A stretch of 64,000 nucleotides of DNA from Massalongia carnosa (taxonomy: Eukaryota): positions 1,240,001-1,304,000 of the forward strand of contig OZ287084.1 in the NCBI GenBank assembly GCA_965645245.1, given 5' to 3'. This document shows positions 47,957-61,450 of the stretch, in pieces. The translations under genes and the position numbers were made by a program. Every line of letters starts with the position of its first letter. Within the stretch, counting starts at the first letter, position 1. Below the pieces are notes generated by a model, which made no database searches, had not been told where the DNA came from, and worked only from the letters and a program-made list of their open reading frames with translations.

Positions 47957-50900
47957 ATGGATCAACAACAACATACCGGGGTTCCGGGCCCGGCAGGGAG
48001 AAGACTTCATATTGCACATAGGCGTAGTCCTTCAGAAATGACTCCCATGATCAGTAAGTTCATCTGCTCGCTACGGTCAGCCTCGGGGTAGATCGTTTGT
48101 CAGAGCAACTTACCGGAATGATCCGGGACATGAAAGGCCACCTGTGCTGACCACTCCTTTTTCTGCAGTGGAACAACTAGCTATACAGCAACAGATTGAA
48201 CTTCTTCAGCAGCAACAGCAGCAAATAGCTGCTACCCACCAACAATATGTAAATATGGGTATGATCCCACAGCAACAACAACTACCAACCGTCAATTTCC
48301 CATCGCAACAAGTATCTCAGGGACAAGTAACTATGTCGGGAATGTCCCCACATGCCAATGCTTTCCAATTCCCACAACAGCTTCAGCAGCAGCAGCAGCA
48401 GCAGCTGGGCATCCCCATGAATGCCCCTACGCAGCCGTCGTCACATCGACGCAATCAGTCAGCGCTTCCCAATATGAGCATGGGCCCACCTCCTGCACCC
48501 TCTTCTGGTGCGTCAGGTTCAGCGTTTGGTGAGTTTAACCAGCAGGGTCCCATAGCCCAAAGTCGCGAGAATGGATCTCAAAGAGGCGGACGAGGCGGTG
48601 GCCCTGCTGGTGGCGGCCATCAGCGCCGTCATTCTCTCGCTTTACCAGAGGCCAAGAAAGCAGCAGAATTAGCGCAACAGAAACGAACAACCTCTGGTTT
48701 CCAATTCCCAATCCCTGGAGCTTCAGGCGCTTCGCCGACGAGTGCCACAACCACCAGGTCAGAAAGCCCAGGAGCGTTGGAGGACAAAGGTAGCGAAACT
48801 CACCAACCACTTTTGAACCCTGCTGGTCTGAGTGTTCGTGCAGGCAACCGCGGTGCTGGAGGCCATGGTAGAAGTCAAAGTATGGCTGTCGGTAACGGCC
48901 GAGGTGCTCCACAAGGTCGGGGTGCCAGCGGGTTCCAGTTTCCACCACCTATGGCAACGAATGATGCTGGAGCAAACTCTGCAGGCCAGCAGTCTGATTT
49001 TCAACGGCGGGGGAGTCAGAATGGGCATGGCCGCACGTCTTCCAGAAACTTTGATGGTAACTGGAGACAGCAAAGCGCGAACCAACCGCAGGTGCAGCAG
49101 GAGCAGCCGCAATTGGGTAACTTTGCTCAAAACCAGAATCCCAATGTAAACGCGTTCCAGCCTGGGCACCGAATCCGGGGCTCCATGAACCAATCAGTTG
49201 GCTCAATTGGCCAATTTCAGTTCCCAAATCAGCCACAGTTGGTTCAGCTGCCGCAAGGACAGGTCATGATTCAGCAGCCTCAAATGTTTGGTGGTCAGCA
49301 AATCAGTCCACTTCAGTTGAACCAGCTGCAAGCGCTACAGGCTGCTCAGTTAAATGGCCAACAATTTGGTCTTCAGGGGAGCCAGCATGGTCAGCCGCAG
49401 CTTTCTTCGCAGCAACAGCAACGCAAGACGCTCTTCACCCCTTACCTTCCTCAAGCTAGTTTACCAGCATTGCTGTCTGATGGACAGCTTGTGGCGGGTA
49501 TTCTTCGAGTAAACAAGAAGAATCGCAGTGACGCGTATGTTACCGCAAACGACTTAGATGCCGATATCTTCATCTGCGGAAGCAAAGATAGAAACAGGGC
49601 ACTCGAAGGAGACTATGTGGCTATTGAGCTCCTAGACGTCGATGAGGTATGGGGACAAAAACGGGAAAAGGAAGAGAAGAAGAAACGCAAAGATATCACA
49701 GATACCAGGACTAGCGGTAGTAGCAACAATAATGAAAGATCGTCCCGCAATGATTCCGGGGCAAACGGCGATGCCGGACAGACGGGCGCCAATGAAGGCG
49801 GATTAAGGAGGAGAGGGAGCTTGAGACAGAGACCCATCCAAAAGAAAAATGATGATGTTGAAGTGGAGGGACAGAGCTTGTTGTTGATGGAAGAAGAAGA
49901 AGTCAACGACGAACAGAAACCGCTTTATGCCGGTCATGTTGTTGCTGTTGTGGAGCGGGTTGCCGGGCAAATGTTTTCCGGGTAAGCCTGCCAAGTTTGG
50001 GTCCTGAAAGCTTTCTCTAACACTTTGTAGCACCCTCGGTCTGTTGAGACCCAGTAGTCAAGCCACGAAAGAGAAACAGGAAGCCGAACGTCAACAACGA
50101 GAGGGCAATTCTGGTCGATACCAACAAGACCGCCAGCAAGACAAGCCAAAAATAGTTTGGTTTAAACCTACGGATAAGCGTGTCCCCTTGATTGCCATTC
50201 CAACAGAGCAGGCTCCGCGCGACTTTGTTGAAAGGCATCAAGACTATGTCAACCGCATCTTTGTTGCTTGCATTAAGCGATGGCCGATTACCTCACTTCA
50301 TCCTTTTGGTACATTGGTGGAGCTCCTGGGTGAAATGGGTGATCTTAAGGTTGAAACCGATGCATTGTTACGGGACAATAACTTCGGCCCAGACGATTTC
50401 TCCGATGCGGTACTCAAGAACATTGGTTTTGACGAGTGGTCCGTCAGCAATGAGAATGAGGAGGCCCTGGCCTCAAGGCGTGATTTCCGTCAAGAAACAA
50501 CCTTTACCATTGACCCGAACGGGACTCAAGAACTTGATGATGCTATCCACGTCAAAGAACTCGATGACGGCAAGGTCGAGATTGGAATTCACGTTGCGGA
50601 TGCAGCTCATTTCATCAAGGCTAACTCACTTGTGGACCGTGAAGCTAAGAAGCGTGGCACCGGGGTATACTTGATGAATCGAGCCGTCAATATGTTGCCG
50701 CCAAGACTATCTTCTGAAATCTGCTCGTTGAGTCCTGGAGAAGAGAGGTTCACAGTTAGTGTGGTCTTCCAAGTTGATCTGGTTAGCGGGCGTGTTGTCG
50801 AAGAGAAGACGTGGATTGGGAAGGCAATAATCAAGAGTGCTGGCAAGTTAACATATGATGAAGTCGATGCGGTAATTCATGGAGAAGGCAAGGTTGAGCT

Positions 50901-52509
50901 TCAGGGAGCCACTGCAAACGATATTCAGATTTTGAAGGTAAGGCTCTTGGATGAGTGGGAAATGAGCGGTCCTGACTTGAGACAGAAAGTTGCGCAGAAG
51001 TTCCGGGAAGCGCGTTATGGCTCTCGTTCAGAGGACGTGCCTCCGCTTCGTTTACTCCATCAGCTTGACGATGAGAATGTGCCCGTGGAGCATAATATCT
51101 TTGACTCTACACCGGCACATGAGATCATAGAAGAACTTGGCCACAAAGCAAACGCCTACGTCGCACAGAAGATTGCTGTTGCCCTACCTGAGAAGGCATT
51201 TTTGCGTCGTCAAGCTCCACCCAACCCAAGAAGGTTGCAGACTTTTGCTAATCGGATGACAAGGCTTGGTTATGAAATTGATACTACAAGCAGCGGAGCC
51301 CTTCAAAATAGTTTGTTCAATATCGCAGACTCCGACATACGGAAGGTTTGACTCTCCTCTATGCTCCGGTGAGCCTTGCTAAAATTTGATGCAGGGCATG
51401 GAGACTTTGCTTGTGAAGGCCATGCAACGTGCTAAATACTTTGTTGCTGGCCGTGCACGCGAAGATCAATATCCTCATTATGCTCTGAATCTGCCTTTGT
51501 ACACTCATTTTACAAATCCGTCCCGCCGCTACGCAGACATTGTCGTACATCGTCAGCTTGAAGCGGCTTTATCCAACGGGACTATCGAATTCACTGAAGA
51601 TGTCGATAGTTTGGCCAAAATTGCCGAGGGATGCAACACGAAGAAGGACTCTGCGCAAAGCGCACAGGAGCAGAGCGTCCATATTGAGTCCTGCCGTATA
51701 ATGGACAAGAAGCGGGTCGAGCTTGGAGGCGATTTCATTAGCGAAGGCATCGTCATCTGCGTTTACGAGTCAGCGTTCGACGTGCTAATCCCCGAGTATG
51801 GTTTCGAAAAACGTGTTCATTGTGATCAACTTCCGTTGAAGAAAGCAGAGTTTCGTAAGAACGAACGGGTGTTGGAGCTTTACTGGGAAAAGGGCGTGCC
51901 TTCGTCGGCGTATGTACCTGAAGATGAGCGACCAAAAGCTGGATCGGGATCAGGACACCAAGGGAGCACTGCTGGTCGTGCCAGTGGCCGTTACGCAGAA
52001 CAGGCCAGGCAGCAGGCCAAAGAGAGCGACGAAGCGCAGCGCCGGCAAACGGAGACTGGGACTATGTCTACGGATGATGTTGACGCGCTCTTTGATGACG
52101 AAGAATCTGTGTCTGAGATCACAGAGATGGCATCTGGTGTTTCTCTGAGTCTCTCCAATGCTGATCGGCCCACTCAGAGTATGCCGCCTTCGCCCACACG
52201 CAGTTCTGCAGCCGACCAGGCTCCCCATCGCACCCGCTCTGATCCAAAGCTCGCGACTAGCGCGGGCGAGTCCCCTGAAGCAAATTTAACCAACAAGGAG
52301 AAGTATCTTGGCTTCTTCAAGCTTAGAGAAGAGGGTGGCGAGTACATTCAGGATGTCACTGAGATGACCCGAGTGCCTGTCATTCTCAAGACTGATCTCA
52401 CCAAGAGCCCGCCGTCAGTATATCCGATCCTACCCCCTGCTGCTGAACGTTGTACTCACATGTGTCTAGTTGCCTGACAATCCGCTCGATGAACCCCTTT
52501 GCGCTGTAG
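47957..52509 (+). CDS. SSD1: Ssd1/Gul-1 RNA-binding RNase II-family pseudonuclease
   Basis: Multi-exon gene. LHIAHRRSPSE and HRRNQS/HQRRHSL/HGRSQS kinase-site motifs, Q-rich N-terminus, RKTLFTPYLPQA, GILRVNKKNRSDAYV, PKIVWFKPTDKRVPLIAIP and RNB domain YTHFTNPSRRYADIVVHRQL; ends MNPFAL*. Confidence 0.96.
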
Positions 52510-54030
52510 ATGGTGAATGCTCAATCCTCGACAACGGATGAATCCCAACCTGATCTATTTCGAGAACGCGCTGTACAGACAAAACAATCGCACTCTTCGC
52601 GTCGTGGGACTGCTCGATGTTTTTCAAGAATCCCACCGTTGCGCTTTTCTTGGCTCCAAATTGCAGGGGATCGGCTTAGACTCTCGCTCGTTAGGATCTA
52701 CTGCGGAAGGAGGCAAGGAAAAGGGATGTAGGCTTGACAGGGTACGATGAGGGTCGTGAAGGCGAAGGCGAAAGCGCGTGAACGAACGGTTGTGCGGCAT
52801 AACAGAGTATGGCTTGAGATTTGATGTTAGTTATTTAAACAGCTTAGCCCATATTATGCTTCGGAATACATGCACACCCCAACATTTACTGTCCATTCCC
52901 CACCTGCGTGATGTCGTACCGTTAGGAAGTACAGAGTACTCTGTAGGTATTCCACACTGAGTACCTAGATATATAGGTAATAGAACCCATAAAAATCAGG
53001 AGGTTGGATCGGTTTTTGATCACATCATATACGAATATCCGATAGATACCTTTGGGCGTTTCTCTCCACAAGCAAAAGAAATCCTCCAGAAAAGGATGTT
53101 CGTATCCGCGTACTCGGGTTCTGCAGGTCCGCCAAAGGGTGTCATGCAGGGCAGGCAAGGCAGCGAGTCAGAATCCTCAACTCAACTCATGGCCGATCGC
53201 ACGCTTGGCTAGTGGATCGAGCCCCCGCCAGAGTAGAGTAGTGGATGGACGAGTGGACGGAAGTGGGACATTGTGGCTCGGGGGGGGGTGAACCGAAAGG
53301 ACAGATATTCATATGCACAGCAGAACCGCTAGATTCGTCAAGTGGCAAGATGAAAACGTGTGTTTTGCAGTTGAATACCGAGTAGCTGTCGGAATGAAGT
53401 AGGCAGTTCTACCGAGTACTCTGTATACATCTCCAATCAAAGTGTGTTGTGTGGGATTGCCACGCTGTCATTGGCCAAGGGGGCAGTTTGACCACTTGTT
53501 CGGTTCTGCTCCTCCCCTTCCCTTCCCTTCCCTTCCCTCTCAGAGCTGTCGCGACCCCTACAATTCTCGGTTTTCTTCATCAGACCTTGAGAAGCTTTCG
53601 GGGAACAGCCGGAGAATAATCCGCCTTCATCACATGTTTCCCTGTCGAAGTGCAACGCATGTGAACTTCTCAGCGTATTCATCCCTGGTACCTCGAAACG
53701 TCCCTTCCGCCTTCCACCTTTCACCCATTTTCCCTCCGCTCAGCCGAAAGCTGAGCCCCTCGCATCGCCATCTCTTCTATCGTTCACGACCGGAAATCTA
53801 CAGCTGTTACTGTTCCAGTCAAACTTTGAGAAAATCTTGCTCGAAGACCGGTAATCTGATCATAGTCCTCGAGGCAACCGTCAAAGGGTCGTCGGCTCAG
53901 GTGTCTCCACTACCAGATCGACCAAGTCGAGAGGTCCGTTAACATCCCACTTCGGCATCCTACAGGGAATTAATCTTCCTTCCTACCCGTCCACATTACA
54001 GAAATACTTGGAACTGTTTCTTTGCCCCTA

Positions 54031-55575
54031 ATGATGGAGCCGTGGCAAAGCTGGGGCATCGTTGCCATCATCGGCGTAGCGGCGTATGTTTACTACAGCC
54101 AAACAGGCAAACCCAAACGTCCGCAAGGGAAGCCCCCAATTGTTTCCGTTCATCTTCAGCGGCGTGACAATAAAGTGCGCGAGGACAGCAAAGCCCAGCG
54201 CAAGCGAGGAGAAATCTCTGGTGCATCCGATCAGGGCATCAGCGACGTTGCAGAAGGGTCTTCGGCCTCGGTAACCGTTAGTGGGAAGAACCGTGATAAG
54301 AAGAGAAAAGGTGAGAAGAAACCGCCTAGTTCGCTTGCCCAAAGCTCTACCGCCAACGTGGACTATGTTTCGAAGGCGGAAGTTGATCGTGTCCACGATG
54401 GGAAGGATGAGGTGGATAATAAAGATTTTGCGAGGCAGCTATCAGAGCTTAAGACTGGGACTTCTTTGACCAAGCCGGCCAATACAAACGAAACAAAGAG
54501 GGCCCGCAAGCAAGGAAAACGGAACGAGCTACAGCCAGGGGCTGTGAAAGGGGACGCTGGGAAGACAAACGAGGCACCACCATCAAAGGATCTGTCCACT
54601 GCATCGTCGACTACAGGCGCAGATGCCGATGATGACCTTTCACCAGCCATGTCTCCCGCCTTGGGTGCCACGCAGTCAGCAAAAGTCGCTGGGGACGTTT
54701 CCGACATGCTCGAAGCGCCTGCCAAAGGACCCTCGGTTCTCCGTCTCACCGAAATTGCCCAACCCGAAGCTATGCGTCATCCTCAGCCGAAGAAGAAAGC
54801 CGAAGAGCCAGAAACGAAGAAGCAAAGGCAAAACCGAGAGAAAAACGAGCAAAAGAAGGCTGCGCGCGAGCAGGCCGAAAAAGAAAGGCGTGTGTTGCTG
54901 GAGAAGCAGCTTCGTACCGCCCGAGAAGCGGAAGGGAGGCCGGCGAAAAACGGATTGGGGGCTTCGAAAGCACCCATTGCAAACGCATGGACCAAACCAG
55001 GAATTGGCACAGAAGCATCCGCCGTCGTTGCTATGCCTGAGGCGAGCGGTGCACTACTAGATACTTTTGACCAGACCAATGGCACGGCTGGGAATAACCC
55101 CGGTCGTGGTGGAAACGGTGCATCTAGAAAGGAAAAGGTTTGGGAACATGCTTTGCCGTCTGAAGAGGAGCAATTGAGGATGCTTGGCGAGATGGGTGGT
55201 GACGAAGGCTGGAACACGGTAGAGAAAAGCGGTAAAGCCAAGAAGAGAGCCACAAAGATAGCGGACAACGGAGAGAAAGCGGCCAGCACGAATGGGGGCG
55301 GCCTCGTTGACGATTCAAATCCCATAGCTAGTGACAAGGGACTGGATGGAAACTCGAATATCTACCCAAGCTATAAGTCTGACTCGTCTGCAAGCAAAGG
55401 ACAGACTACCAGCAGAAACAATGGTGTAACCTCACAGAAACGTAAACCCTTCAATGGCAAGGCTGATCCTGCCATTTGGAACCTCAACAACATCCACAAA
55501 CATCCGGATTATGACCCCGAATATCCTTACGCCTTAACGGGGCATCCAGATGATTCCGACTGGGCTGTTGTTTGA
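54031..55575 (+). CDS. Uncharacterised protein: N-terminal TM anchor, long charged/low-complexity body, coiled coil
   Basis: Intronless ORF of ~514 aa from ATG 54031. Hydrophobic WGIVAIIGVAAYVYY, then STASSTTGADADDD, ETKKQRQNREK...EKQLRTAREAEG and LPSEEEQLR; ends DSDWAVV. Confidence 0.8.
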   Translation: MMEPWQSWGIVAIIGVAAYVYYSQTGKPKRPQGKPPIVSVHLQRRDNKVREDSKAQRKRGEISGASDQGISDVAEGSSASVTVSGKNRDKKRKGEKKPPSSLAQSSTANVDYVSKAEVDRVHDGKDEVDNKDFARQLSELKTGTSLTKPANTNETKRARKQGKRNELQPGAVKGDAGKTNEAPPSKDLSTASSTTGADADDDLSPAMSPALGATQSAKVAGDVSDMLEAPAKGPSVLRLTEIAQPEAMRHPQPKKKAEEPETKKQRQNREKNEQKKAAREQAEKERRVLLEKQLRTAREAEGRPAKNGLGASKAPIANAWTKPGIGTEASAVVAMPEASGALLDTFDQTNGTAGNNPGRGGNGASRKEKVWEHALPSEEEQLRMLGEMGGDEGWNTVEKSGKAKKRATKIADNGEKAASTNGGGLVDDSNPIASDKGLDGNSNIYPSYKSDSSASKGQTTSRNNGVTSQKRKPFNGKADPAIWNLNNIHKHPDYDPEYPYALTGHPDDSDWAVV

Positions 55576-56585
55576 GGTCATGCTCTCGGCTGTATGATGC
55601 GTTTTTTCATGCCGATTAGTAGAGGACGATGGCTAACAGGTTCACAGATTTCGTGACGGAGCTACCAATACGTGAGATATTACATACATGGTTCGTGTGC
55701 AGAACAATCTAGAATGGAGTTATTTGGAGACGGCGGTTGTAAAATTCAAGTTTGCAGTTTGCAGATGGTGTGAAAAGAAAAAAATTGCATGTTTGCGTTG
55801 ATATGCTGGAAGACGTATCTACGGTAAAGGGCGTCCATTACTACCTGTGTACATGTACGAACGGCGTGCTTCCAGAGTTTCTGCGGCGCTTGCTTGCGAG
55901 CTGCAAGAGCTTTTTTTGTACCTTCCGGGCTGTTTTCCTTCACTCCTGGCTATATTTTCTTCCGTGGCTAGCCAGGAGCTTCACCTACCACATGGGGTCG
56001 GCTTGAGATGTACTTTTACTCTATGGGGCTTTGGCAATGGCACTCGGGTCTGGACACTCTGGCCAAGGGCTTGGAGGTTCCGATATTGTTCATGGCTTGA
56101 TATAAAGCTTTTCTTGCTTTCAATGTCTACACGGATATTCACTCTCTCGCAGGCCCTTACAATTTCGTAGACCTAGGCATTGAGAGACAAATTCTTAGTG
56201 CCCTGATATATGGACTTCGCTGTTCTAAATTCTATAGCCAGAGGGCTAATCAACAGTATGGTGATGCCACCACATCCAAACCAGATACCTACCTACCCCT
56301 TTTATGAAAACCGTTTAGATGTTGTTTAAGCCCTAAGCATCACGTGGTATTATCCCCCAAGCGAGTGGCCCGTGCATCAACGTTCCAATCCACATCGGCC
56401 GCTAAACCCAGTTGGCACATCTGGAATCGTGTCTTTTCATTTCAATCCCTTCACCGCAACCCCACGATCATCACCAGCCTCCACTACTACTTTGGTAGCC
56501 TTTGCTGCACCCATTTCGTTCTCTTTTTCTGCCTAGCATCAACATCCTCTGGCATACTTGTCCCATTGCATGAGGAAAAGCGACC

Positions 56586-57910
56586 ATGGCCCAAATTCGT
56601 GGCACGGCGGGCTACAACCTCGGCGCTCAAGACCGTTTCAACGGACCTGGCAGAGCCGACGCAACCAACGACCCTAGCCCTTTAGACGCCATTCGTGAGC
56701 AGACCAGCAAGATTGAAGATTGGTTGGATACATTGTCCGATCCTGTAAAACCGTGAGTGATCTTGTTCCTCCTGCCCTGGGACGATGTGCTAGGGCCCCA
56801 GAGAGGAAGGGAGGCAGGGGTGGCATGCGCCGTATAAGCGCGATTTTCTTTTTTTTTCGCCCAATGAGACGGCTGTGCGATGGCTGACTGGCGGTGATGG
56901 AGCCCGAGTAGATATCTACCGGCCATTGGAAGGTTCTTAATCGTCGTTACGTTTCTCGAGGATGCGTTGAGGATCATCACGCAGTGGAACGATCAGTTGA
57001 TCTACCTCCACGATTACAGACACAGTCAGTCTCTTCCTCCAGCCCCCATCTTCCGGAACCTGGAATCCAACATCACTTACCTCTTCGATACAATACTAAC
57101 AAATTGCTGCAGTCCCATGGGGTCTCACTCACCTCTTTCTTCTCATCAATGTTCTTGCCATGATTGCTTGTTCTACTCTTGTCATCACGCGCAAATACTC
57201 TGACTACGCTGTCTTCGGTCTCCTCGGCGTTGTCGTCACCCAGGCGCTTGGCTACGGTCTAATCTTCGACCTAAACTTCTTTCTGCGCAACCTTAGCGTT
57301 ATGGGTGGTCTTCTCATGGTGCTCAGCGACTCATGGGTGCGTAAGAAGTTCGCGCCAGCAGGCCTCCCTTCCATAGACGAGAAAGACCGCAAGATGTACT
57401 TTCAGCTCGCGGGCCGCGTATTGTTGATTTTTCTGTTCATCGGGTTCGTCTTCGCGGGCGATTGGGGCGTAGGTAGGGTGATTGTTAGTTTCTTTGGGTT
57501 CGTGGCGTGCGTGATGGTTGTGGTAGGGTTCAAGGCCAAATGGAGCGCCGTGATGTTGGTGGTGATTCTTAGCATCTTCAACATTCTGGTTAATAATTTC
57601 TGGACGGTACGTGTTTTCGCCCACTCTTCGCTTTAGCGTATCATTACGCAAGAGGCAAAACCCCGCTAACGTGTGTTATATCCAGCTTCATGAACATCAC
57701 CCACACAAGGATTTTGCCAAATACGACTTTTTCCAGATCTTGTCTATTGTGTACGTCTTTTTTGTCATCCTTATCTTCTCTTCCTTCTCCTAATAATATA
57801 TCTTCCAAACTAACTCTCCCCCGTCCCTCAAAAACAGAGGCGGCCTCCTCCTCCTTGTAAACATGGGTCCCGGGCAATTCAGCGTCGACGAGAAGAAAAA
57901 GGTTTACTAA
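56586..57910 (+). CDS. ERV29: ER cargo receptor Erv29/SURF4
   Basis: Multi-exon gene. SKIEDWLD, YLPAIGRFLIVVTFLEDALRI, FFLRNLSVMGGLL, QLAGRVLLIFLF, GFKAKWSA and KYDFFQILSI; C-terminal di-lysine SVDEKKKVY* with TAA at 57908-57910. Confidence 0.95.
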
Positions 57911-60900
57911 CCTCTCACCTCCGTTTCGTTCACCACTCGCCCACTCCACAACTTCCTATATCATCTCGTCCCCTTTTCATCCGGCCAACGATGAATCGGG
58001 GGGGGTTCAGTAGGGGATGATGAAGGAATACATATCACTCAAACCCTGCCACAGACGTATCCATCTTGTTTACTTTCCAAAACCCGAAACTCCAAAAGGT
58101 TACCTTTCCTGGCGCCCCGTTTCTCAGGCTGGATAGACAGAATCAAATCTATGTATTTTGCGCACATTACTGGGTTTGAAAAGATAACTTCAAGCTCCCA
58201 TCGAAGAGTATGTTTCTCTTGATGAAGATTTCTCTCTTCAATTTTTTCTTTCCTCTTCTCTCTTCTCTCTTAAAGCTTGCCTATCCACCAACCTTACCCG
58301 CGTCTATTTTTCCCTCGCCTGTTGAATGAGAGAAGTCAAAAACTTCCCACACTGGATCTTCCCGCCATTCACATTATCGTGAACATCGAGGGCAGAATTA
58401 GCCGAAGCGTGTGTATCTAAGTATTACTTGGCTTTTTATTTTTATTTTTATTTTTTTAAAAAAATGAGAAAACGATTAGCTTCAGTTCTACTCAACCCTC
58501 TGATCTCCAAATACCGGGCAGTTTCTCTCCACTTCTACCGAGGGGAATATCGTCGGCTTCTTTTTATTACGCATTTTGAAACTGAGTCCTTCGTGCCTGA
58601 ATGCCGATTGGGATCCTCTATTTTCCAGTCCCCAAGCCGAAAACTAGCATGTTACAGTTCTTCAGTCTGATAGCAAGTCTCAGCTTAAAAAAAAGCGCGG
58701 GGAGAATTGATTGCTATGGCCCTCCGAGTGGCCCCCATCCGGTGTATAACTGATCATCGCAGGTAACTTGGATATAGATGCATATTCAAAGAGACCCCAA
58801 AAAAATACATATGAGGAATTTAGTGGGCATTTTTATACCGCCTTTGGAAGTCCTACACTAGATTTCACGGCCTTTCTGACAATGCCAGGCCACCCCCTCC
58901 GCATCGTTGCCTCGCAGAAGTTTGATGAGTCCAGAAGACCAAATAGTGCCAGGAAAGAACATTCGGAATACGAGGGCTTGGGTTTTGGTAGCTAGAAGAT
59001 TGAACACCGGATTGTGAAGAGTAGATATATAGTGCCGGGTCTCTTACTATAGCTAGAGCAGACATGGGATACAAGGTAGCTCAGATAATCGTATCGAACA
59101 GAATGGTCACGGCGGAGAATCTAAACGGAACTTCTCTTAACTTACGTTCCATAAAGCGGAGAACGGGGCACAACACTATAGCTGTTCCGCCCCTGAGCAC
59201 TGTAGCTAGGTGTACGGTAGATGCAGCTTCTAATATAGCTTCCTGATGTGAAGCTCATGCCTGACTGGGCAACAACGGCTACATCTAGGAGAACAGCTAT
59301 AACTGCCTATGTACGTCAACACAGAGAACGTACCCAGAGTACAGGAGCCCGACGAGATAGAGGACAACCTAGACTTCCTAATGCGCTAAATATATACCAA
59401 GGTGCGTAATGTTAGTATGCCTGTGTCTATAACGTGTGTCCTGCTCACTGTGCTAGGGACTGGATATCATAGGCTGCGTCTACTAGGAGAAATATCTTCC
59501 GATCCCACTATGCAGGAGATCAGAGTTGCTAACCTACTTTTCGATATTTAAGCTGGCCTACTACATTCTTATTCCCTCGGAAAGCTGGCTTTCGCGATAT
59601 CGAGCTATCTCTGACCCTATTTATTAATTAAAGTCGGTTACAATGCGAACCATCTAATAGCAGAGGAATGGGATATACACCTGGTATAACCCAATCATGT
59701 GCCTCCACAAGCATCAACCACGCACTAGCATTCCTCAACACCCTCGCTCCAGCAAGCCCATTGAAGAACAGAGAACCATAGCGCATCCTAAACCAAAGAG
59801 TTTCAATATAAAATAGGAGACAGCATAATAGATTCCTACGGATATATAATATAGAATGAAGTTTAGACTGTAATATTCCAAGTAGAGGAATCCCTAGCAC
59901 AATGATACGATGCGATAAAAGAAACTGATTGCCTCAAAGCAAGTCGGACTCGAGAGACAGAAACACACTAAACCGCTGAGGCACGATGAGAAGAACAGAG
60001 CGCGTCTGTTATCATCCAACATGCAATATCAATCATGCCCTCCCTCACCGAACTTCGGAATAACACACGTTCCTTGTCCTGTCAAAAGGCCCTGGCATAA
60101 ACCACCCAGAATCAATCAGGCAATAGTAGCGCGCCTATCTTGGCCAGGGCAGAAGGGGAAAGCTCGGACGATTCCTCTTAAAATTTCGCACAAAATGGGG
60201 CTAGACTTTCTGAATGAATGAATGACAGAGGGAGAAATGGTCAGATGTTTCTGGAAAACAGGACGACGGCGACAAATGCTCTATTCGCGGTGAATCGTTA
60301 AGAAGCGAAGGACGACCTTGCATTACATGGAACATATTCAAATTGTCTTCCCGAAGATGTCATCTGTTCTTGAAAGCGATAAATCATGTACATGAAAAAA
60401 AAACACAAAAGATTCCGCAGGGTGAGGTTGTCATCCCAAAATGATATCATTATTTATGACGGCTCTCTCTGACATCCCAAACCCAATCGCCCGTACCCAA
60501 GAAAATGTCCTCGAGTACTTTGTTAGTTACAGTTCTGTTAAAACTTTTCCTAACTTCCTGTCGAGGGAACGCAAAAGGGTGCTGTCGAACAGCTGAGGAA
60601 GTGGATATAACGAACAACGATGACGAAAGCTCGAGAAAGCCTACACTTACAGAGGTTGTAGCTATCTAGACACTTCGAAAACTCAACAGCTAGGCTATCA
60701 TCCTTGGTTGAGTGATGAGATCGATCATCGAGCCAAGAAAGCGTGTGGCGAAAAACGGAGGCGGTGAGTACTGGGAAAAGCGCTGTGAGATAGGTAGTGT
60801 TTTGGGGAGATGGTTTTCTTCCATTCGTATGTATGTGTTTACGTAAAAGGACGATATTCTCAACGTCTGGGTTCAAGTCGATTTATATAGATGGGAATGA

Positions 60901-61407
60901 ACGAATAAATGCATGTGTGAAGCTTTGGAATTAAAGTCACTTGGAGTTCCCTTTGTCAGACTATTTTTTTTATAAAAAAATCCTTTCCTACCTTTTCATT
61001 CTCGTGTCTTTCTCCCTCTTCCCCCTTTCGGGCCCCCTTCTTTCTCTTTATCGATTCTTCTCTGCCTCTCCTTTTCTTCTTGAAATAAACAATTAAATGT
61101 CATCGGGAAATAATGAATAAATGGATATTCTTGTTTTAAAAAGTTACTCGGGCTTTGAGAGAAAAATGAAAGATTGAAAAAAATAACAAACGCGAAGAGA
61201 CTGATTCAGATATATAAAAGTCGGTCGAAGAGTTAGCAGGACAGACAGACCGACAGAATCGTGTGATGAAGCTTGGTTTTTATTGGATTTTGAACGGATG
61301 AATGCTTTTCGAGAAAGAGAAAGAGAGGGAAAGAAAGAAAAAAAGAAAAAAAGGGATATTCTACGATTTTTATCGGGTTTGGAAAGCAGAAAGTGGGGAA
61401 AAGAATC

Positions 61408-61450
61408 AGAGAGTGTGTGTGTGTGTGCGTGAGAGAGAGAGGAAGAGAGA
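61408..61450. repeat. Compound (GT)n/(GA)n microsatellite
   Basis: AGAGAGTGTGTGTGTGTGTGCGTGAGAGAGAGAGG in an AT/purine-rich intergenic region. Confidence 0.7.

Noticed and set aside
50500..50545. Altered RNase II active-site motif in SSD1 (TIDPNGTQELDDA)
   Set aside because: Ssd1 proteins are already known pseudonucleases, so this is expected.
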